From IMG/VR virus record IMGVR_UViG_3300000956_000009, positions 1-34,512 of that record: a DNA stretch of 34,512 nucleotides; one strand, given 5' to 3'. A program made the position numbers and the translations under genes. Positions 33,825 through 34,512 of the stretch are shown here, in pieces. The notes under the pieces are model-generated. The model worked only from the letters and a program-made list of their open reading frames with translations. It did not search any database and was not told where the DNA came from. The first letter of the stretch is position 1, and each line of letters opens with the position of its first letter. The DNA comes from a virus.

Positions 33825-34394
33825 TTGTCCAATAAGGCGAAACTTCCTGAACCACAACGTGCGGCACGAGACGCCAAAGTTGTGGAACTTCGCCTGCACG
33901 GATACGGATTCCGCGAGATCGGTGAGATTGTTGGCATCTCAACACAGCGTGCTCAGCAGATTCTGGCCGAATTTCACGCAAAAATCACTGATGAAGACAC
34001 TGGAACTCGTCGTCGCCAGGAAATCTTCGAGATTGATGCCGAAGAAGAGCGTGTGCGAGAGATTCTTCGCAAGCCCCACTTCAAGGTTTCCGCCAGTGGC
34101 AAGATAATTTACGACCCAGAGACGAAACAGCCCCTCGTAGACGCCTCGGCGTATTATCAGGGTGTAGCGACCCTGGTCAGGCTCAAAGAATTGCGAGCGA
34201 AGCTCATGGGCCTGGCAATGCCCACCCAGGTGGAGATGAAGGTGACCGCCGACGTGCTCAACCCGCAGGTGGCGGACTGGATTGAGGCGGCTCGTGCGCG
34301 GCGTGAAGGCGACGTTGTGGACGGTGAGGTGGTCGAGGACGGCCCGAATAATAAGGGTGGTCCGGATACCAGGGCGGCCGAGATCGAGCCGTAG
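33825..34394 (+). CDS. terS: Terminase small subunit
   Basis: N-terminal HTH LRLHGYGFREIGEIVGISTQRAQQIL, a central helical region and an acidic tail. It is the first gene of the arm that contains TerL. The TTG start is uncertain. Confidence 0.65.
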   Translation: MSNKAKLPEPQRAARDAKVVELRLHGYGFREIGEIVGISTQRAQQILAEFHAKITDEDTGTRRRQEIFEIDAEEERVREILRKPHFKVSASGKIIYDPETKQPLVDASAYYQGVATLVRLKELRAKLMGLAMPTQVEMKVTADVLNPQVADWIEAARARREGDVVDGEVVEDGPNNKGGPDTRAAEIEP

Positions 34395-34454
34395 CGTCGA
34401 TCCGTATGGCGCTTTTTCGGAACCTTAGTTTGAAGTTGTCGGAAGGCGGAGAAC

Positions 34455-34512
34455 GTGAGTTTCGTAATCAAGCAGGACCTGACAATTGCCGAGATTCCGC
34501 GAGAACAGATCA
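34455..34512 (+). CDS. 5' part of the junction-spanning small ORF (continues at base 51, ends 163)
   Basis: GTG start after GGCGGAG. The frame is continuous through the 50-bp terminal repeat. Confidence 0.5.
   Translation, partial: MSFVIKQDLTIAEIPREQI
34463..34512. repeat. Terminal direct repeat, copy 2 (identical to 1..50)
   Basis: Exact 50-bp match to the window start. Confidence 0.95.

Noticed and set aside
33791-33835. 14-codon ORF (MKSIISDWKIDFVQ) with GGAG upstream, overlapping the terS start
   Set aside because: It is too short to support from sequence alone. It is noted only because it makes the TTG start of terS uncertain.
34394-34425. Weak hairpin agcgtc..ggcgct followed by tttt after terS, considered as a terminator
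   Set aside because: The stem is only 6 bp with a G-U pair, and it would terminate the structural operon right after its first gene.
1-34512. Lysogeny module, tRNA genes or a CRISPR array
   Set aside because: No integrase- or recombinase-like ORF, no cloverleaf-like segment and no regularly spaced repeat-spacer array was seen on either strand. The only repeat arrays are the iterons and the terminal overlap. A tRNA scan was not run, so absence of tRNAs is provisional.

Overview
The window is one complete, circularly closing dsDNA tailed-phage genome. Bases 1..50 are identical to 34463..34512, so the unique length is about 34,462 bp. The layout is siphovirus-like with two arms. Both arms diverge from a control region at about 33.39-33.76 kb and converge on a hairpin terminator at about 19.86-19.91 kb. 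The plus-strand arm runs through the window junction and carries TerS, three small ORFs, TerL, portal, scaffold and an HK97-like capsid. It continues with connector and neck genes, major tail, G/GT chaperones with a G GGA AAA -1 slip site, tape measure, Dit and fibre-like proteins. It ends with a 1039-aa tail-tip protein, two membrane (holin-like) ORFs and an FN3-GH18-like hydrolase. The minus-strand arm holds a replication module: a secreted protein, an RHH protein, an AEP primase-polymerase, an AAA_25/RepA-like helicase and a membrane protein. That module ends at a bidirectional terminator. A second promoter then drives an RHH gene and several small unknown ORFs. The same transcript continues into a tightly translationally coupled glycan-biosynthesis cassette of about 7 kb (19911..27002). 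The cassette holds a membrane-embedded NodC/hyaluronan-synthase/chitin-synthase-like processive GT2 with all family signature motifs, a GT4, a GT-A, an extended-SDR NDP-sugar enzyme, a Zn-ribbon C-methyltransferase and two tandem paralogous GT2 genes. This cassette is the main candidate for an undescribed phage system, especially alongside the chitinase-like GH18 protein and lectin-like modules on the virion arm. I saw no integrase, tRNA, CRISPR array, prohead protease or canonical amidase/lysozyme endolysin. GTG/TTG starts, ATGA/GTGA/TAATG couplings, GGAGG ribosome-binding sites and a probable leaderless promoter resemble actinobacteriophages, but the host is unknown. All functional calls come from motif recognition by eye. 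No database search was run.
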